DNA of 64,000 bases from Mobula hypostoma (Eukaryota), in NCBI RefSeq assembly GCF_963921235.1, contig NC_086097.1, positions 21,516,001 to 21,580,000 on the forward strand, read 5' to 3'. Made by a program: the position numbers and the translations under genes. Shown one piece after another: positions 48,619-62,199 of this stretch (position 1 is its first letter; the number at the start of each line of letters is the position of its first letter). A model generated the notes under the pieces. It was not told the origin of the DNA. It ran no database searches and saw nothing but the letters and a program-made list of their open reading frames with translations.

Positions 48619-51265
48619 ACCATAGAACCATAGAAATTACAGCACAGAAACAGGCCCTTTGGCCCTTCTTGGCTGTGCCGAACCATTTCCTGCCTAATCC
48701 CACTGACCTGCACACGGACCATATCCCTCCATACACCTCCCATCCATGTATCTGTACAATTTATTCTTAAATGTTAAAAAAGAACCTGCATTTACCACCT
48801 CGTCTGGCAGCTCATTCCATACTCCCACCACTCTCTGTGTGAAGAAGCCCCCCCTAATGTTCCCTTTAAACTTTTCCCCTCTCACCCTTAACCTATGTCC
48901 TCTGGTTTTTATCTCCCCTTGCCTCAGTGGAAAAAGCCTGCTTGCATTCACTCTATCTATACCCATCATAATTTTATATACCTCTATCAAATCTCCCCCC
49001 ATTCTGCTACGCTCCAGGGAATAAAGTCCTAACCTATTCAACCTTTCTCTGTAACTGAGTTTCTCAAGACCCGGCAACATCCTTGTAAACCCTCTCTGCA
49101 CTCTTTCAACCTTATTTATATCCTTCCTGTAATTTGGTGACCAAAACTGAACACAATACTCCAGATTCGGCCTCACCAATGCCTTATACAACCTCATCAT
49201 AACATTACAGCTCTTATACTCAATACTTTGATTAATAAAGGCCAATGTACCAAAAGCTCTCTTTACAACCCTATCTACCTGTGATGCTACTTTTAGGGAA
49301 TTTTGTATCTGTATTCCCAGATCCCTCTGTTCCACTGCACTCCTCAGTGCCTTACCATTAACCCTGTATGTTCTACGTTGGTTTGTCCGTCCAACGTGCA
49401 ATACCTCACACTTGTCAGTATTAAACTCCATCTGCCATTTTTCAGCCCATTTTTCCAGCTGGTCCAATTCCCTCTGCAGGCTCTGAAAACCTTCCTCACT
49501 GTCTACTACACCTCCAATCTTTGTATCATCAGCAAACTTGCTGATCCAATTTACCACATTATCATCCAGATCATTGATATAGATGACAAATAACAAGGAC
49601 CCAGCACTGATCCCTGTGGCACACCACTAGTCACAGGCCTCCACACAGAGAAGCAATTCTCTACCACCACTCTCTGGCTTCTTCCATTGAGCCAATGTCT
49701 AATCCAATTTACCACCTCTCCATGTATACCTAGCGACTGAATTTTCCTAACTAACCTCCCATGCGGGACCTTGTCAAAGGCCTTACTGAAGTCCATGTAG
49801 ACAATATCCACTGCCTTCCCTTCATCCACTTTCCTGGTAACCTCCTCGAAAAACTCCAACAGATTGGTCAAACATGACCTACCACGCACAAAGCCATGTT
49901 GACTCTTCCCTAATAAGCCCCTGTCTATCCAAATGCTTGTAGATTCTGTCTCTTAGTATTCCCTCCAATAACTTACCTACTACTGACATTAAGCTCACCG
50001 GCCTATAATTTCCCGGATTACTTTTCGATCCTTTTTTAAACAACGGAACGACATGAGCCACTCTCCAATCCTCCGGCACTTCACCCGTAGACAGCGACAT
50101 TTTAAATATTTCTGCCAGGGCCCCCACAATTTCAACACTAGTCTCCTTCAAGGTCCTTCAAGGGAACACTCTGTCAGGTCCCAGGGATTTATCCACTTTA
50201 ATTTTCCTCAAGACAGCAAGCAGCTCCTCCTTTTCAATCTGTACAGTTTCCGTGGTCTCACTACTTGATTCCCTCAATTCCATAGATTTCATGCCAGCTT
50301 CCTTAGTAAATACAGACGCAAAAAACCCATTTAAGATCTCCCCCATTTCCTTTGGTTCCGCACAAAGCCGACCACTCTGATCTTCAAGAGGACCAATTTT
50401 ATCCCTTACAATCCTTTTGCTCTTAATATACTTGTAAAAGCTCTTTGGATTATCCTTCACTTTGACTGCCAAGGCAACCTCATGTCTTCTTTTAGCCCTC
50501 CTGATTTCTTTCTTAAGTATTTTCTTGCACTTCTTATACACCTCAAGCACCTGATTTACCCCGTTTCCTATACATTTCATACAACTCCCTCTTCTTCTTT
50601 ATCAGAGTTGCAATATCCCTTGAGAACCAAGGTTCCTTATTCCTATTCAATTTGCCTTTAATCCTGACAGGAACATACAAACTCTGCACTCTCAAAATTT
50701 CCCCTTTGAAGGCTTCCCACCTACCAATCACATCTTTGCCAGAGAACAACCTGTCCCAATCCACGCTTTTTAGATCCTTTCTCATTTCTTCAAATTTGGC
50801 CGCCTTCCAGTTCAGAACCTCAACCCTAGGACCAGATCTATCCTTGTCCATGATCAAATTGAAACTAATGGTGTTATGATCACTGGAACCAAAGTGCTCC
50901 CCTACACAGACTTCTGTCACTTGCCCTAATTCGTTACCTAACAGGAGATCCAACATTGCATCCCCTCTAGTTGGTCCCTCTATATACTGATTTAGAAAAC
51001 TTTCCTGAACACATTTTACAGACTCTAAACCATTTAGACCCCTAACAGTATGGGAGTCCCAATCAATGTATGGAAAATTAAAATCTCCTACCACCACAAC
51101 TTTATGTTTCCTGCAGTTGCCTGCTATCTCTCTGCAGATTTGCTCTTCCAAGTCTCGTTGACTATTGAGTGGTCTGTAATACAATCCCACTAATGTGGCC
51201 ATACCTTTCCTGTTTCTCAGCTCCACCCATAAGGACTCAGTAGACAAGCCCTCTAATTTGTCCTA
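48619..51265 (-). mobile_element. young CR1 LINE, 2.65 kb, most of ORF2 (endonuclease C-half + RT) in five frameshifted segments
   Basis: ORFs 50543-51247 (YYRP, VGDFN, SDH), 50158-50580, 49879-50151, 49551-49889 (DFSKAFD, GVPQG), 48694-49596 (KFADD); inserted in a Rex tail (48468-48618 / 51266-51600). Confidence 0.97.
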
Positions 51266-51600
51266 ATCTGTTCGCAGAAGGGAAGAAGCCGTTCCTAAAT
51301 TGTTGAGTGTGTGTCTTCAGGCTCCTGAACCTCCTCTCTGATGGTAGTAATGAGCAGAAGGATTGAGCCAAATGGTAGGGGGTCCTTAATGATGGACTCT
51401 GCCTTCTTGAGGCACTGCCTTTTGAAGATGGCTTTGAAAGCGAAGAGAGTTGTGCCTGTGATGAAACTGGCTGAGTCTACAATGCCCTGAAACCTCTTTC
51501 AATCCCGTACATTGGAGCCTTCGTACCAGATGGTGATGCAACTAGTCAGAATGCTCTCCACTGTACATCTGTTAAAGTTTGTAAGAGTCTTTGGTGACAT

Positions 51601-51890
51601 CACGATAGAGTAGTGGTTAGCACAATGCTTTACAGTACAAGCGACCCAGGTTCATTTCCTGCCGCTGCCACTAAGGAGTTTGTATGTTCTCCCTGTGACT
51701 GAGTGGGTTTCCTCTGGGTACACCAGTTTCTGCCCACTGTCCAAAGACGTACCGGTCGGTAGGTTAATTGGTCGTTGAAACCGTACCATGCGTAGGCTAG
51801 GGTTAAATTGGGGGCGATTGCTGGGTGGCATGGCTTGAAGGGCTGGAGGGGTCTATTCCACACTGTATCTCAAACAATAAATAAATTAAC
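51601..51890 (+). mobile_element. V-domain tRNA SINE
   Basis: gtagtggttagc, ggttcatttcc, gtttgtatgttctccc...gggtttcctctggg, (taaa)n end. Confidence 0.85.
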
Positions 51891-52619
51891 AAATCTCCTC
51901 AAATTCCTAATGAAATCATGTGTTACATGGTGTTATTGAGGCAAATAGCAATGAGAAATTGTAGAATTCTATGAAAGAGGAAGGAGTAGAGGTTGTCCTT
52001 GATGATGTGGGGATAGAAAGGGGAAGACTCCAGATCAGGCTTGCTGGGACCAATGGCTTATTCCTCTGCTGAAATTCCTTACTCCATGTGATTGTACAGT
52101 TTATCTTTTAGAAAGACGTCCAAGGTGTCATTTGCCCATGATCAATTGATTTGCTGTTTAACCACAGCTTGATGCCGTTGGTGCACAGAGAGTAACCAAG
52201 TGGCCTATTCAACGTATTCTGTCTTGACTCAGTAGATTACTGGTCCAGTGAGTAGCATCACTAAGTTTCAGTGCATTGAATGTATTCTCCAAGTACATTT
52301 ACTGGTGTAGAATGCTTAGATTCAGTGAGAAAATAATACTTCTGTATATTAGCTACAATTGACTGACTGATGGCTGCACTCCAGTTTCTGACTGGATCAT
52401 AATCAACATAGACAAACAAGATGCATTGGAGAGCTCTGCAGTAATGCAGTGCATCTTCCTTACATCTGCATTGGCCTACTGGCTGCATTACGGACACATT
52501 TTTAAGCTGGAGTAAAGCTTAGCTACAGTGATGTAAATCAAATGGAAATCTGCAGCTGCTTCAAATCTGAAATAAAGAAAACAGAAACTGGTGGAAAAGT
52601 CATTTAGTTTTTCACTAAC

Positions 52620-54320
52620 TTTTTTATTCTTCATTCCTTCCTTCCTTCTGTCCATCCCTTCTTCCTTCTTCTTCCTTCCTTCCTTCCTTCCTCCCCTCCC
52701 CTCCCCTCCCCTCCCCTCCCCTTCTTCCTTCCTTACCTTACTATCTTCCCTTTTTTCTTCCATTCCTACCTTCTTCCTTCCTTCCTTCCTTCCTTCCTTT
52801 CCTTCTTCCTCTTTCCTTTCTCCCTTCCCATCTTTTCTTCCTTCCTTCCTTTCTTTTTCTTTCCTTCCTTCCCTCCCTCCCCTCCCTTCCTTCCTTCCTT
52901 CCTTCCTCTCCTTCCTCCCTTTTCTTCCCTTCCTTCCTTCCCTTCCTTCCCTTTCTTCCTTCCTTCCCTCCCTCCCCTCCCTTCCTTCCTTTCTTCCTTC
53001 CTCTCCTTCCTCCCTTTTCTTCCCTTCCTTCCTTCCCTTCCTTCCCTTTCTTCCTTCCTTCCCTCCCTCCCTTTCTTCCCTCCCTTCCTTCCCTTTCTTC
53101 CTTCCTTCCCTTCCCTCCCTCCCTTTCTTCCCTTACCTTACTCTCTTCCCTTTTTTCCTTCCTTCCTTCCTTCCTTCCTTTCCTTCTTCCTCTTTCCTTT
53201 CTCCCTTCCCATCTTTTCTTCCTTCCTTCCTTTCTTTTTCTTTCCTTCCCTCCCTCCCTTTCTTCCCTTACCTTACTCTCTTCCCTTTTTTCCTTCCTTC
53301 CTTCCTTCCTTCCTTTCCTTCTTCTTTCCTTTCTCCCTTCCCATCTTTTCTTCCTTCCTTCCTTTCTTTTTCTTTCCTTCCTTCCCTCCCTCCCCTCCCT
53401 TCCTTCCTTCCTTCCTTCCTCTCCTTCCTCCCTTTTCTTCCCTTCCTTCCTTCCCTTCCTTCCCTTTCTTCCTTCTTCCCTCCCTCCCCTCCCTTCCTTC
53501 CTTTCTTCCTTCCTCTCCTTCCTCCCTTTTCTTCCCTTCCTTCCTTCCCTTCCTTCCCTTTCTTCCTTCCTTCCCTTCCCTCCCTCCCTTTCTTCCCTTA
53601 CCTTCCTTCCTTCCCTTACCTTACTCTCTTCCCTTTTTTCTTCCATTCCTACCTTCTTCCTTCCTTCCTCTCCTTCCTTCCTCTCCTTCCTTCCTCTCCT
53701 TCCTTCCTCTCCTCTCCTTCCTTCCTCTCCTTCCTTCCTCTCCTCTCCTTCCTCTCCTCTCCTTCCTTCCTCTCCTTCCTTCCTCTCCTTCCTTCCTCTC
53801 CTTCCTTCCTCTCCTTCCTTCCTCTCCTTCCTTCCTCTCCTTCCTTCCTCTCCTTCCTTCCTCTCCTTCCTTCCTCTCCTTCCTTCCTCTCCTTCCTTCC
53901 TTCCTCTCCTTCCTTCCTTCCTCTCCTTCCTTCCTTCCTCTCCTTCCTTCCTTCCTCTCCTTCCTTCCTTCCTCTCCTTCCTTCCTTCCTCTCCTTCCTT
54001 CCTTCCTCTCCTTCCTTCCTTCCTATCCTTCCTTCCTTCCTCTCCTTCCTTCCTTCCTTCCTCTCCTTCCTTCCTTCCTTCCTCTCCTTCCTTCCTTCCT
54101 TCCTCTCCTTCCTTCCTTCCTTCCTCTCCTTCCTTCCTTCCTTCCTCTCCTTCCTTCCTTCCTTCCTCTCCTTCCTTCCTTCCTTCCTCTCCTTCCTTCC
54201 TTCCTTCCTCTCCTTCCTTCCTTCCTTCCTCTCCTTCCTTCCTTCCTTCCTCTCCTTCCTTCCTTCCTTCCTCTCCTTCCTTCCTTCCTTCCTCTCCTTC
54301 CTTCCTTCCTCTCCTTCCTT
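52620..54320. repeat. 1.7-kb polypyrimidine (TTCC-based) complex microsatellite
   Basis: Almost entirely C/T on the plus strand. Confidence 0.97.
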
Positions 54321-55154
54321 ATATTGTACTGTACAACAAACTTCACGACATACGTCAGTGATTATAAACCTGATACTGATCTGGTGTTTCGATCTGGAGA
54401 CCCTTCTTCTTTTAGAGCATTACGGAGACTGAGCAAGTCAGAAAGCAGGCTAGTCGAAGTGGCAGAGAAGGCAGAGTAGGGGGTAATGTCTGTAATAGGG
54501 TGAAATGGCATTGTCTTCAATGAGACTCCTCTGTCTGTGTAATGTGTGGCTAATGTTGAGCAGTGGCGTAGTCTTGCTAAGCAGTCCCTCTGGATTGAGA
54601 ATGTTGTGCTTCCAGTACAGTTCTGCAGGGTTTGACGAGGTCAGTGTTAAATCTGAGGACTCTGCTACCAGTGGAGAAGGAGATGGCTGATGGGGCAGTG
54701 GCAGGAAGGTAGCTTGCTAGGTGGTGCACTCCTCCCAGAGCCTCTTCATCTCTCTTCCCCTCTCTCAGTCCTGATGCAGGGTTCCACCAATGTTCCCTTT
54801 AAGGTGCGTGCACACATTTTTTGTTACAAGCACACAGAGGGATTTAAACTGCGCACAAAAGGTTGTCACCCTCTTCCTTGTTGGCATGTTAAGTATATTT
54901 CATGATCGTACACAATCACATTTCCTTTTCCGGTTTGTGACGCGGATGGTATTGACAACGCGGAGTTTGCAGTGATTTGTCTGCAGATTTTAGAACTGGC
55001 TTATTTATTTATGTTGTTTTTATTGAAGAAATTATTCAGTGTGCACATGTTGTTGTCACTGGGCAAAACACTGCACAGCACAAGAATCTTGCACACACTG
55101 GTCATTACAAATTAGAAGGAACATTGGTTTCAACTCCAAATATCAACAATTCGT

Positions 55155-55505
55155 ATTAAGGTTGTGAGAGGCATAGATAGAGTGGACAGCCTGCACCATT
55201 TTCCCAGGGCGACAATGGCCAATACCAGAGGACACCCTTCTAAGATGAGTGGAGGAACATTTATTGGAGTTGTCAGAGGTACAGAGAGTGGTAAGAGCCT
55301 CAATGCGCTGCTGGGGATGGTGCGAGAGGCTGATACATTGGGGATATTTAAGAGACTCCCCGAGAGGTACATGAATGATAGAAAATTTGAGGGTTAAGGG
55401 GTATGTAGGAGCGAAGGATTAGATCGATCATGAAGTAGGTTTATATTGGTCAGCATCACATTATGTGCTGAAGGGCTGTACTATGCCATATTTTCTATTT
55501 TCTAG
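55155..55505 (+). mobile_element. CR1 LINE 3' end
   Basis: ORF 55164 (RGIDRVD...NTRGH). Confidence 0.85.
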
Positions 55506-55829
55506 TTGAAAATAGTCTAGCTGCTTGACCCTCTCCTCCAACAAATTGTTTGTTGTTTCTGTAGCTCCTCTTGAACTTGAATTGTGAGTGCCAGAGCTAA
55601 TGTTCCTTCTCCACTTGAAGTTGTTGTGGCCCAGGGATTCCTGAGAATTGCTGGGGATGCTACTTTTTTCCAAAAACCGTTTCCTCAGTTCCCCGGCACT
55701 TTGCTCTAAACTCTATCCGGCACCATCCTCTGTTGCCAGGAGATGCCAGTCATTCCTTCGCCATACTTTAAGATCAGCAAACCTTGGGTTTTACTGCAGT
55801 TCACCTTCAGTCCCCTGGCTATTCACCGA

Positions 55830-56170
55830 ATCATAAGACCATAAGACACGGGAGCAGGATTAGACTTTTCAACCCATTGAGTCTGCTCCACTATTCTGTC
55901 ATGGCTGATTATTATCCCTCTCAACCACACTTTCTTGCCTTCTCCTCGGAACCTTTGATGCCCTTACTAATCAAGAACGTATCAACCTCCGCTTTAAATA
56001 TACCCAATGACTTGGCCTCCACAGCCGTCTGTGACAATGAATTCCACAAATTCATCACCCTCTGGCTAAAGAAATTCTTCCTCATCTCTGTTCTAAAGGG
56101 ATGTCCTTCTATTCTGAGACTGTGCCCTCTAGTCCCAAACTCCTCCACTATAGGAAACATCCTCTCCTTG
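55830..56170 (-). mobile_element. CR1 LINE 3' end
   Basis: TRGHSLRIEGHPFRTEMRKNFFSQRVMNLWNSL. Confidence 0.9.
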
Positions 56171-56794
56171 TTCAATCCTCTCAGCAGGCATGAAAGACAC
56201 AACTTAGTCCTTCTTAAACAGGTGGTTGTCAAAACATAATTAATGTGCGTTTTAAACCATTTGTGGAATCACTGTTGGCCTGGACTGATAAATATCATAA
56301 CCCACTTTTAGCATTCCTGTGTGCAATTTAGCTTTCCATTAACTTTTTAAAAATAGTCTTTGTTTAAGTGCTGACTGGAAATGGCTAGAAGGACTCTCTG
56401 AACCAATCACATGAAAGGAACTGAATTAATATCCTCAGATGGTCATTAATCTTTTGCTTCTTATTCATTCAAGGGATGGATTTTTTGCCTGGCGCTCTTT
56501 GTCCTTCAACAGCGTGGCTGGCTGGGCCATTTCTGTGGCTTCTGAGACATCAGCCATTGCTCCAGGGACACTGTGTGCTAAACCAGCTGTCCTTAGCCCT
56601 GACCCAGTTCCTCTCACTCAGTGTACAGAAGCATTTACCAGCGACTTCACTTCTGCCCGCTGAGCATTGGCCTGTGACATCTGTTAGGCTTGTCAGAGGG
56701 TCAAGTTAAGGGAGTCACCAGTCTGAGGCACAGGTCCATGGGAGGTGCCAACAGGGTGTCTGAGATTGCCTGTCTGGGAGCTTGTAATGCTAAT

Positions 56795-57290
56795 GTCCTG
56801 GAGCACATTTACAAGGAGCGCTGCCACAGTGTAGCAGAATCCATCATCAAGAACCCCCAACCATGCAGGCCGTGCTCTCTTCTCACTGCTGCCACTGGAG
56901 AGAAGATACAGGAGCTTCCGTTCCATACCACCAGGTTCAGGAACAGTTATAGCGCTTCAACCATCAGGCTCCTGAACCAGCGCGAATAACTTCACTCACC
57001 CCAACACTGAACTGATTCCACAACCCTTGGAGTCACTTTCAAGGACTCGACTACTCATGTTCTCAGCATAATTTATTGATTTATCTATTTATTTACCTTT
57101 GTTTATTATTTGTTTTATTGTGTTTACATAATTTGTCTTTTGCACATTGATTGTCAGTATTTGTGTGTAGTTTTTCATTGATTCTATTGTATTTCCTTGT
57201 TTCACTGTGAATGCTTGCAAGGAAATGAATCTCAGGGTGGTATATGGCGACATATATATACTTTGATAATAAAATTTACTTTGAACTTTG
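56795..57290 (+). mobile_element. Rex1/Babar-type LINE 3' end
   Basis: EHIYKERC...TTRFRNSY; (actttga)n tail. Confidence 0.85.
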
Positions 57291-57904
57291 GAGTTAGAGC
57301 ATTTTTGGACCCTTTGGCCTGTCAAGTCCTTGCTGACTATCAGGTACCCATTTTGCATTAGTCTTATACTAAACTCATTTTAATCTCCCTATATTCTCAA
57401 CGACACCCCCTTCCACTACCAAGATTGTGTCTCACACCACATGCTAAGGGTAATTATATTATCTTACCAACCCACTCATCATTGGGAGACGGGATGAAAC
57501 TAGAACACCCGGAGAAAATCCACGAGCTACAGGATGAACATGCAAACTCCGCACAGACATATTATTTGAGGTCAGGATTGAATCTCATTCTCTGTAGTTG
57601 TGAGATACACCTAGTCACAAATGCCTTACAAGGCCATTTTTGCCATACATGTGGTACAGCAAAATTCTCCTTCTTCACCTCCCCACCGCAACCCCCAGCT
57701 CCATCATCACTGCCAATGTTAGTATATCGGACATGCTTCCGAGGAAACAGCAGATCCAGCCCACTTGGAAAGCTTGCTAAATACAGTTGCCTTCTTAAGG
57801 ACTGCCAGCAAATATGTATATACTCTTGTAGATGTTGGAGCTTCACTTTGGTCACCCTGAAACTTTGACATGATCATGGAAACCCCTTTATTTATTCACC
57901 TCTT

Positions 57905-58020
57905 CACCTATCCTTCTATCTATCTACCATCCATCTGCCATCTATCTATTTATCCAGTCATGTATGTATGTATCTATCTATCTATCTATTTATCCATCTA
58001 TCCATCTATCCATCTATCAT
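57905..58020. repeat. (TCTA/TCCA)n microsatellite
   Basis: Direct observation. Confidence 0.9.
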
Positions 58021-58200
58021 AGCCTGGGTGGTACTGGTAGAAAAAGTATTTATAACCCGTCCTTAATTTTCATTGTGAAAATGGTGCTAAGCTTTCTTTG
58101 TGAACTGCTGCAGTTCTTGTGATGAATCTGTTCCTATTGCTGTTGGGTAGAGAGTTTCAAGGTTAAGCTTTGCCCTGAGAAACTCCTGGATATTTCGCAG

Positions 58201-58556
58201 AAACTCCTGTAAACACTGATACGCTCCTAGGGAACCCTTTAAATCCTGACACACTCTCAGGGACTCATTTAACCTTGACATACTCCCAGACACCCCTTTA
58301 ACCCTGACACATTCCCAGAGACCCCTGTAAACACTGACACACTCCCAGAGATCCCCTTTAACCCTGACAAACTCCTAGAGACCCCATTAACCCTGACACA
58401 CTTCCAGGAACCCCTATAATGCTGACACACTCTGAGAGATGTCAATGAGCCTGACCACTCCCAGACACCCCTTTAACCCTGACACACTCCTACGGATCCC
58501 TTTAGCCCTGACAAACTTCCAGAGACCTCATTAACCCTGACACAATCCCAGAGACC
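58201..58556. repeat. ~29-30-bp minisatellite, ~12 units
   Basis: Consensus acccctttaaccctgacacactcccagag. Confidence 0.9.
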
Positions 58557-58592
58557 TACATCCTTTGAAATATTGTTTATAGTTCCTTCACT

Positions 58593-61500
58593 AATAAGAC
58601 CACAAGACATAGGAGCAGAATTAGAATATTTGGCCTTTCAAGTCTGCTCCACCATTCAATCATTTTTCCACTCTTCAACCCCATTTCCTGGCCTTCTCCC
58701 TGTAACCTTTGATGCTGTGTCGAATCAAGAACCTATCAAGCTCTGCCTTAAATACACCCAATGACCTGGCCTCCACAGCTTCCCGTGGTAAAAAGTTCCA
58801 CAAATTCACCACCCAAAGGCGAAAGAAATTTCTCTGCATCTCTGTTTTAAATGGACGCCCCTCTATCCTGAAGCTGTGCCCTCTTGTCCTCGACTCCCCA
58901 CCATGGGAAACATCTTTTCCATATCTACTCTGTCTTGGCCTTTCAACATTCAAAAGGTTTCACTGAGATCTCCCCCACCTCCTTCTAAGTTCCAACGAGT
59001 ACCAACCCAGTGCCATCAAATGTTCTTCGTATGATAACCCTTTCATTCCTGGAATCATCCTTGTGAACCGCTCTGGCCCCTCTCCAATGCCAGCACATCT
59101 TTTCTTAGATGATCTAAGAAATCTAACAGTTTCTTAGATGAAACTGTTGACAATACTCAAGGTGAGGCCTCACGGGTGCCTTATAAAGCCTCAGCATCAC
59201 ATCTCTGCTTTTGTGTTCTAGACCTCTTGAAATGAATGCTAACATTGCATTTGCCTTCCTCTTTACCGACTCAACCTGCAAGTTAACCATTAGGATGTTC
59301 TGCACGAGGACTCCCATATCCCTTTGCATCACAGATTTTTGTGTTTTCTCCCTGTTTAGAAAATAATCTGCACATCTATTTCTACTACCAAAGTGCATGG
59401 CCATGCATTTTCCAACATTGTATTTTATTTGCCACTTTCTTGCCCATTCTCCTAATCTGTATGTCCTTCTGCATCCTACCGGTTTCCTCAACACTACCTG
59501 CCCCAATCTTTGTATCATCTGCAAACGTGCAACAAAGCCATCTATTCCATCATCTAAATTATTGATATACAGAATAAAAAGAAGCAGTCCCAACACTGAC
59601 TCCTGTGAAGCACCACTAGTCACTGGCAGCCAACCAGATAAGGATCACTTTATTCCCACTCGCTGCCTCCTACTTATCAGCCAATGCTCTAACCATGATA
59701 GTAACTTTCCTGTAATACCTTCGGCTCTGTACTTGAAAAAGTTTTTACTATCCACTTTTATATTGTCTGCTAGCTTGCTTTCATATTTCATCTTTTCCGT
59801 TCTAATGATTCTTTTAGTTGCTCTGTAGGTTTTTAAAAGATCCCAAATCCTCTATCTTCCCGCTAATTTTTGCTTTGTTGTATGCCCTTTCTTTTGTTTT
59901 TACATTAACTTTGACTTCCCTTGTCAGCCATGGTTGTACTATTTTGCCATTTGAGTATTTCTTCATTTTTGGAATACATCTATCCTGCACCTTCCTCATT
60001 TTTCCCAGAAATGCACGCCATTGCTGTTCTACTGTCATCCCTGCCAGTAGCTCCTTCTAACTTACTTTGGCCAAGTCTTCTGTCATACCACTGTAATTTC
60101 CTTTACTGAACTGAAATACTGCTATGTCAGACTTTACTTTCTCCCTATCAAATTTCAAGTTGAATTCAATCATATTGTGATCACCAGCTTTTTTTTTTTT
60201 ACCTGAAGCTCCCTAATTGCCTCCAGTTCATTACATAACACCCAATTCATTATAGCTGATCCCCTAGTAGGCTCAACGACAAACTGCTCGAAAAAGCCAT
60301 CTCGTAGGCATTCAACAAACTCACCCATTTGAGATCCATTACCAACCTGGTTTTCCCAATCGACGTGCATGTTAAAATCTCCGTTGCCCTTTTGACATGC
60401 CTTTTCTATTTCCTGTTGTAATCTGTGGTCCACCTCCCAGCCACTGTTGCGAAGCCTGTAAATAACTGCCATCAGGATCCTTTTACCCTTGTGTTTCTTA
60501 ACTCAACCCACAAGGATTTAACAATTCCAGTCCTATGTTACATCTTTCCACTGATTTGATGTCATTCTTTACCAGCAGAGTCACGCCAGCCCCTCTGCCT
60601 ATTTTCCTATTCCTCTGATACAATGTGTAACCTTGGACATTCAGCTCCCAACTACAAGCATCTTTCAGCCATGATTCACCCTGTTGGTTGCAATTTTGTG
60701 CTATTATCTGCCTGCGCTTCCTGACAATCTGACTGCACGCTATCTTTGTTCTTTTACCATCTGTCCTATCCTGAGTCCCTTCATTCTGGTTCCCACCCCC
60801 CTGCCAAATTAGTTTGAACCCTCCCCCACAGCTCTAAGAAAAACCTGCCCACAAGGATATTGGTCCCCCTCAGGTTCAGGTGCAACCCATCGCTTCTGTG
60901 CAGGTCATACCTCCCCCAGAAGAGATCCCAGTGATCCAAAAAGCTGAGGCCCTGTTCCCTCCATCAGCTTCTCAGCTATACAACTTTCTGCCAAATCATC
61001 CTGTTTCTACCCTTACTAGCACGTGGCACAGGTGGCGATCCAGAAATTTCTATCCTGGAGGTCTTGCTTCTCAGCTTTCTACCTGGCTCTCTCAATTCTT
61101 TCTTCAAGACTTCATTGCTTTTCCTGCTTATGTCACTGGTACCAATATGTCCCAATACATCTGGCTGCTCTCTCTCTCTAAAATGCTGTGGGCATGATCT
61201 GAGATGTCCCTGACACCTTGGAGGCAACGTACCATCAGGGTGTCCCATTCATGTCCACAGAATCTCCTGTCTGTTCCTCTGACTATTGAGTCCCCTGTCA
61301 CTACTGCTCCCCTCTTCTCCCTCTTTCCCTTCTGCACCATGGCCCCATGCTCAGTGCCAGTAACTGGTCTCCATGGCATTCCCTGGGAGGTCATCCCCCA
61401 CACGTATCCAAAACTGTATTTTTGAGTGGAAAGGCCACAGGGGTGCTCTGCGCTAACTGCTTATTCACATTTCCATTTCTCCTGGCAGTCACCCAGCTGC

Positions 61501-61930
61501 TCAGCTCCTGGAACTTCGGAGTGCTTGCTTCCCTGTAACTCTGATTGATGATCTCCTCACTCTCCCGTACAAGCCGAATGTCATCCAGCTGCTGCTCCAG
61601 ATCCCTAACATGGTCTTCAAGGAGCTGCAGCTGGATGCACTTCACGCAGGTGTAGTTCCCCGGGAGACTCTGGGTCTCCCAGGACTCCAACATTCGGCAT
61701 GAAGAACACACAATGGCCATTTACTACACTAAGTACTGCAAGAGAGAGAGAAAAAAGGGAACCTTAACAGAAATGTACTCATAGACGATGGATTTTCTGA
61801 GCAGAAGCCTCTTTTGAGCCAAAGCCTAACACTCCTACTCTTACCATTATCCTACTCCCAACAATGGCCGCCCTGCTTATCTCTTCTGTATTTTTACTTA
61901 GTTCGCTCTGCTCTGCTCCCACTGCTGATT
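58593..61930 (-). mobile_element. CR1 LINE retaining 5' end: ORF1 (Zn-finger/coiled coil + SGNH esterase) and internally deleted ORF2
   Basis: CSSC...CVKC-LQLLEDHVRDLEQQL (61391-61720); VVTGDSIVR and HIGTSD (60976-61403); IYR...GDFN (60170-60472); RT remnant 59123-59623; 3' tail. Confidence 0.9.
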
Positions 61931-62199
61931 GGGCCTCTGGAATAGCGAAAGCATATAAATCATTCCCTTCATAACAGACCCCTCACCTCAGGTAAATTAT
62001 CCTGGGTCAGGTTAAGCTATAACAGTGCACAGTATTATTCAGTACCTTCACTCTCCCATGCTTACATTTTGCAAGGGGACAGGTTGACATTGCAGCCCAA
62101 AGAAATCCTGCAAGTAGGAACACTTATCTCTGTGTGATTTGCTGCACATTTTCACCTGATATTTATTTTGCCCCCTCCTCTGATGAAAGTCAGTTGGAT

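Noticed and set aside
52591..54432. 613-aa ORF and the antisense R/K/E/G-rich ORFs
   Set aside because: Artefact of a C/T-only microsatellite that cannot contain stop codons
57562..57855. 97-aa ORF in unique sequence
   Set aside because: No recognisable homology or splice structure; length compatible with chance
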